The position numbers were made by a program, and so were the translations under genes. Shown here in pieces: positions 59,281-64,000 of a stretch of 64,000 bases of DNA (its first letter is position 1; each line of letters begins with the position of its first letter). The notes under the pieces are model-generated. The model was not told the DNA's origin. It was given only the letters and a program-made list of their open reading frames with translations, and did no database searches. Location: assembly GCA_963663475.2 (NCBI GenBank), contig CAXXJV010000001.1, positions 2,656,001 to 2,720,000 on the forward strand, written 5' to 3'. Source of the stretch: Candidatus Cloacimonadales bacterium (GTDB taxonomy: Bacteria > Cloacimonadota > Cloacimonadia > Cloacimonadales > JAFGVF01).

Positions 59281-60408
59281 ATGATGAAGAAAAATCTCAA
59301 TATTTGCATAATAGCTATGTTTTTATTATTATTGATAGGCTGTCAGAATGAGGGGACTAAGGGAGAAAATACTAGTAATAATGATGAAGCAGTAAATCAG
59401 ATAGAAACTACTAATTTTAGTGAAGCTTATCGTCCAGATTGGTGGAATAATTTAAATGATACTAACAAATTATTTTCTTATGCTTATGCAGACGGTCCTG
59501 ATGAGGCAAGTGCTAAAGCTTCTGCTGAAAAATCAGCTCAAGCAAAACTACTCCATTATAAAAAGGACTATGTGGTTAATTTAACAGCTATGATTCTCAA
59601 AGAAAGTGATTCTCAAGGAAAATTTAAATCAAACCAACTAAATGCTAAAAATCAAAGGATTTTTGAAGGTGATTATTCTCCATATCTACAAGCTGAGAAA
59701 GCAGATTTTATTCCTAAAAATAATGAAATAAGAGCCTTTGTTGCCCTTAGTTTACCACTGGAAAAAATTCAAGCTGAATATGTAAGACTTTTCCATAAAG
59801 ATAAATCATATGCCAAAACATTTATTCATTCTCAAACTTATAGATATCTTCTTCAACAAGCAGGTATTGACTTCAAGTATAATGAGGGAAATATAGCTAA
59901 AAGAGAATTAAAAAAAGATGTAAAAAAAGAGATTAAGAAAGAGACACCAAGTGTTAAATATGACCAAGATATAATGCCTGCCTGGTTCAAAATAAGTTAT
60001 AACACTAATAAAGTTATGGTTAATCAAATCGCTGAGGCTTCAAGCCAAGAAGAATCATTAAAGAAAGCTATGCAAAAATGCCTAAGTAACAAGCTAAATA
60101 TTGCTAACAACTACGCCAGAACAGAAGCTGAAAAATACCGAGGACTGTCTGAGTATGATGAAGTAAAATTCGCTAAATTTAAAAATCAAATATCAGCTGA
60201 AATTATGAAACAGGACTATCCTCTTACTAAAGAGTTTGCTAAAACTATCCATATTGGACAAGATAAATACAAAAGCTATGTTCAGTATTCAATAAATAAA
60301 AAATCTATTCAGAACACTTTGCTAAAAGTTCTTAAAAGTGATGAAGTCCTCTATTCAAGATTAAGAGCAAGTATGGCTTTTGATGAATTAGAAAATGAGG
60401 AATTCTAA
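59281..60408 (+). CDS. Lipoprotein with two LPP20-like repeats
   Basis: Lipobox LIGC; RPDWW and MPAWF starts of two similar domains. Confidence 0.6.
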   Translation: MMKKNLNICIIAMFLLLLIGCQNEGTKGENTSNNDEAVNQIETTNFSEAYRPDWWNNLNDTNKLFSYAYADGPDEASAKASAEKSAQAKLLHYKKDYVVNLTAMILKESDSQGKFKSNQLNAKNQRIFEGDYSPYLQAEKADFIPKNNEIRAFVALSLPLEKIQAEYVRLFHKDKSYAKTFIHSQTYRYLLQQAGIDFKYNEGNIAKRELKKDVKKEIKKETPSVKYDQDIMPAWFKISYNTNKVMVNQIAEASSQEESLKKAMQKCLSNKLNIANNYARTEAEKYRGLSEYDEVKFAKFKNQISAEIMKQDYPLTKEFAKTIHIGQDKYKSYVQYSINKKSIQNTLLKVLKSDEVLYSRLRASMAFDELENEEF

Positions 60409-60429
60409 TAACAAGAAGGAATAAACTTA

Positions 60430-62436
60430 ATGAATGTAATAAAAGTACTTTCCGAAAACGTAACTAATCGGATAGCTGCAGGTGAAGTAATTGAAAGACC
60501 AGTCTCTGTAGTTAAAGAACTGGTTGAGAATTCTCTAGATGCTGGTGCTAAATCAATCTATATTAAAATAGAAAGAGGTGGAAAAGACCTAATACAAGTG
60601 ACTGATGATGGTAAAGGAATGTCTAGTGATGACGCTCTTCTATGCCTAGAAAGACATGCCACAAGTAAGATTAGGAATGTAGATGATATAGTCCATATCT
60701 CAAGTCTAGGTTTCCGAGGAGAAGCTATTCCCTCTATTGCCTCTATTAGCCATTTCAACCTGATTACTAAAGATGAAGAATCAGATGTTGCTGTAGATAT
60801 CTTTGTAGATGGTGGAAAGCTTAAAGATGTAAGAAAAACTGCTGCAAACACAGGTACGACTATCACAGTAAAAAAAATATTCTTCAATGTACCAGCCAGA
60901 AGAAAGTTCTTAAAAAGCGATATTGTTGAATTTAAACACATCTTAAACTACGTTCATTATCAGTCTATACTCTACCCAAACGTTTCCTTTATACTAATCT
61001 CTAATGATAGGGAGAAGCTCAACTATCCAGCTGTTTCTAATTATATAAGAAGGATTAAAGAAGTCTTTGGTAAATCCTTCCAAGAACAAGAATTTGTTGA
61101 ACTAGAATACCAATCTAGCCAGCTCTCTATTAAGGGATATATTGCTGGACTTGAAGAATATCATAAGGGTTTTGAACGCTATAAATATCTCTTTATTAAT
61201 GGACGCTATATAAATGATAAAGTTGTTATCAAAGCTTTAAAGACTGCCTATCAACCATTTATTGCTAAAGAAAGATATATGCAACAAGGAGTCTTACCCC
61301 CCTATATTCTCTTCATCGAAATAGATCCAGAACTAATTGATATCAATGTACATCCAGCAAAAAGAGAAGTTCGTTTTAGAAATACCCATCTAGTTTATAA
61401 CGCTGTTAAAGAATCTATAACTAACAGACTTAATAAGATCCAAGATGAGAAATTCAAATCTATTAGAAATCAATTTGGTGAAGGTTTTGCTAGATCAAAT
61501 AGGGAATATATTGAGCATAATGCTCAATCTACTAGTAGATTTCAAACAGACAATACTATTCAAAGTCCTAGAACAGACTCCCCTATTCCCCATTCTAATA
61601 CAGATGAGAATACTCTTCATAAGCATTCTTTTGCTAATCATAATCAAGAGGTAAAGTCTTCTCCTGCCAATAATTTTGCCTACCAAAAACCAGAACAAGT
61701 TCGCTTTTCTAGCTATAAAAAAGAATTTAGTGAAATTGTTCAACCAAGTATTTTTGACCAGAATAATGACACTGATGAAGCTGATATTTCTCCTGAAGAA
61801 GCAGTAAATAATAAGCACAATACTAGAATTGACCTTCCAGTAATAAGTGAAATTGAAGCAGTCAAACCCTGGCAATTCCAAGATACTTTTATCTTTATTC
61901 AGGTAGGAGATGGTTTAATGGTTATTGATCAGCATGCTGCCCATGAAAGAATCTTATACGAAAAACTTATTGCGCGAATGAAAGGAGTGGAAGCAGAAGT
62001 TCAAAAACTCCTCTTCCCTATTGTCATTGATCTTCCTAATTATATATCTGAAAGTCTAAAAGAACTTATTGAAGAAAATATTGAAGACTTTCATAATATT
62101 GGTTTCTCGATAAAAACATTCAGCGGTAACTCAATAGTAATTGATGAAATACCAGTTGAACTAGAAGAATGGAGTGGAGGAGATATTTTCTTAGAAATTC
62201 TCCAAACCCTTGAACAGGAGTTTGAAGAAACAGAAGATTTCCGAGATAGTATAGCAAAGTCTGTTTCCTGTAAGGCTGCTATTAAAGCTGGAAAAGCTCT
62301 TACTCCAAGAGAAATGATAAAACTAATTAGTGATTTGTTTGGCTGTAAAGTACCATATTACTGTCCTCATGGACGTCCTTTGATTATTAACTATTCTCTA
62401 GAAGATTTTAAAAAGAAATTTAAAAGAATTATCTGA
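60430..62436 (+). CDS. mutL: DNA mismatch repair endonuclease MutL
   Basis: IAAGEVIERP, GFRGEA, DQHAAHERILYE, CPHGRP. Confidence 0.97.
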   Translation: MNVIKVLSENVTNRIAAGEVIERPVSVVKELVENSLDAGAKSIYIKIERGGKDLIQVTDDGKGMSSDDALLCLERHATSKIRNVDDIVHISSLGFRGEAIPSIASISHFNLITKDEESDVAVDIFVDGGKLKDVRKTAANTGTTITVKKIFFNVPARRKFLKSDIVEFKHILNYVHYQSILYPNVSFILISNDREKLNYPAVSNYIRRIKEVFGKSFQEQEFVELEYQSSQLSIKGYIAGLEEYHKGFERYKYLFINGRYINDKVVIKALKTAYQPFIAKERYMQQGVLPPYILFIEIDPELIDINVHPAKREVRFRNTHLVYNAVKESITNRLNKIQDEKFKSIRNQFGEGFARSNREYIEHNAQSTSRFQTDNTIQSPRTDSPIPHSNTDENTLHKHSFANHNQEVKSSPANNFAYQKPEQVRFSSYKKEFSEIVQPSIFDQNNDTDEADISPEEAVNNKHNTRIDLPVISEIEAVKPWQFQDTFIFIQVGDGLMVIDQHAAHERILYEKLIARMKGVEAEVQKLLFPIVIDLPNYISESLKELIEENIEDFHNIGFSIKTFSGNSIVIDEIPVELEEWSGGDIFLEILQTLEQEFEETEDFRDSIAKSVSCKAAIKAGKALTPREMIKLISDLFGCKVPYYCPHGRPLIINYSLEDFKKKFKRII

Positions 62437-63350
62437 TGAAACCAGTTATTATTATTCAAGGCCCTACTGCTGTAGGCAAAAGCTCGCTCGCTTTAGATAT
62501 TGCTCAGAAATTTAAACTTGATATCATCTCTGCTGATTCAAGACAAGTTTATAAATACATGGACTTAGCAACTGCAAAACCGACCAAAGAAGAACAAGCT
62601 TTAGTTAAACATCATTTAATTGATATTATTAATCCTGATGAAACTTATAATGCTGGACTCTTTGCCCGTCAGGCAAGTCATCTGGTTGATGAAACAGACC
62701 TAAATTTTCCCATAATATGTGGTGGAACAGGCTTCTACATCTCCTCTTTCCTAGAGGGACTATGTAAGATACCTGAAATTGATGATAGTATAAGACATGC
62801 CTTAATTCAAGAATGGGAGATTAAAGGCAATGAATACATGTACAAGCAAGTCCAAGCCATTGACCCAATAGTTGCAGAAAAGATTTCAGCTAATGATAAA
62901 CAAAGAATTATTAGAGCTTTAGAAGTTTTCTATGCTACTAAGAAAAAATTGAGTACTTACTGGCAAGAACAAGGTTTTATGCAAACAAGAAAAGTTCTAA
63001 ATATCTTAATTCTTGATGAAAGAGAAGCTATCTATGATAGAATTAATAAAAGATATGATACTATGGTCAAATCAGGCTTGCTGGATGAAATAAAATCTTT
63101 AATCGAAATGGGATATAATGAAAAGTCTCCTGGACTAACAGCTGTGGGATATAAAGAACTACTGCCCTATATCTTACATAAGTCTGACTTAGCTGATTGT
63201 ATCAACTTAGCCAAGCAACATTCCCGTAATTATGCTAAAAGACAGCTTACCTGGTACAAAAGAAATAATTTTAATCTTGTTTTTTATAGAAAATCGATTA
63301 AATATAGTAGTATAGATAATTTTATAAAAAGATTTATCGATAATTATTAA
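62436..63350 (+). CDS. miaA: tRNA dimethylallyltransferase
   Basis: GPTAVGKS, SADSRQVY, GGTGFY, YAKRQLTW; follows mutL. Confidence 0.97.
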   Translation: MKPVIIIQGPTAVGKSSLALDIAQKFKLDIISADSRQVYKYMDLATAKPTKEEQALVKHHLIDIINPDETYNAGLFARQASHLVDETDLNFPIICGGTGFYISSFLEGLCKIPEIDDSIRHALIQEWEIKGNEYMYKQVQAIDPIVAEKISANDKQRIIRALEVFYATKKKLSTYWQEQGFMQTRKVLNILILDEREAIYDRINKRYDTMVKSGLLDEIKSLIEMGYNEKSPGLTAVGYKELLPYILHKSDLADCINLAKQHSRNYAKRQLTWYKRNNFNLVFYRKSIKYSSIDNFIKRFIDNY

Positions 63351-63366
63351 ATATCGGAGATTATTA

Positions 63367-64000
63367 ATGGATATTATTGCAAATGTTTATGATTTTAATA
63401 TTACACAAGAAGATTTTGAATGTGCGAAAGTACATCTTATAGACTGTCAATGCCCTGACAATGCAAGCGATAAAAAAACAATTGATTATTTGATTGATAG
63501 ATATTTGTTACTTAACCAAGCCCAGAAATTTGGGGTTGAAGTAACTGATGATGAGTGGAATGATAAGTTGTTTGATACTGCTCAAGGATTTGATTCAAGA
63601 GAGCATTATTTAGAATTCCTAGAAAATCATAAGCTTACTAGAGTACGCTACGAAGATTTCCTTAAAGAAACAATCCAAATAACTAAGTTCCTCGATAAAT
63701 TCAATGGCTTCATTAAAGAAAGAGTAGCTAAGGATATATCTTCCTTTGCAAATAGTAATTCTGACCTATTCTCTTGTTGCCCTCAAGCCCATGTGTATAA
63801 TATTCTTTTGCAAGGCGTTACTGATGAAAATTTTAAAAAACTAATGAAGATTAGAAAAGATATTGAGACCTTGGAAGATTTTAAAAAGATGGCAGATACA
63901 TATTCAGAATGCCCAGCTGGTGTTAAATGTGGTGATATGGGCTTTGTTTCAGCTGATACCTTCATTGAAGAGTTGGATGATGTTATTTTCTCTCTTCCTC
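63367..64000 (+). CDS. PpiC/SurA-type peptidyl-prolyl isomerase, partial (runs off window end)
   Basis: ATG 63367; FKKMADTYSECPAGVKCGDMGFV rotamase motif. Confidence 0.75.
   Translation, partial: MDIIANVYDFNITQEDFECAKVHLIDCQCPDNASDKKTIDYLIDRYLLLNQAQKFGVEVTDDEWNDKLFDTAQGFDSREHYLEFLENHKLTRVRYEDFLKETIQITKFLDKFNGFIKERVAKDISSFANSNSDLFSCCPQAHVYNILLQGVTDENFKKLMKIRKDIETLEDFKKMADTYSECPAGVKCGDMGFVSADTFIEELDDVIFSLP

Overview
Low-GC bacterial chromosome segment. The gene content, including a secreted protein with a C-terminal FlgD/T9SS-like sorting domain, suggests Cloacimonadota or another FCB-type anaerobe (inference). The left flank (1-22.2 kb) carries host genes (two MATE pumps, AI-2E, pcm, surE, DEAD-box helicase, uvrA, rsmA) and a mobile-DNA hotspot at 2.4-7.8 kb: REP-like tandem repeats, a group II intron (2737-4656) whose RT has an in-frame TGA, an IS21 with a 5-bp TSD, and a small inverted-repeat element. 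About 22.6-54.9 kb is an apparently complete Mu-like transposable prophage with a siphovirus-type tail. It has end-repeat arrays, repressor, MuA, MuB, GemA, an antirepressor with a c4-like structured leader, an inverted packaging/neck operon, capsid, lysis, adenine methylase and tail genes. The right flank (55-64 kb) is host again (DUF134/Fe-S ATPase/NifX operon, mutL, miaA). Three observations stand out. (i) A portal-MuF-PBECR-like nuclease fusion has no immunity ORF and ends at a tandem pair of promoter-driven, pseudoknot/HDV-like small RNA motifs at 37.0-37.3 kb. (ii) Host-type palindromic repeats colonise phage genes in frame and all on one strand. (iii) The group II intron homes into a dispersed palindromic repeat.
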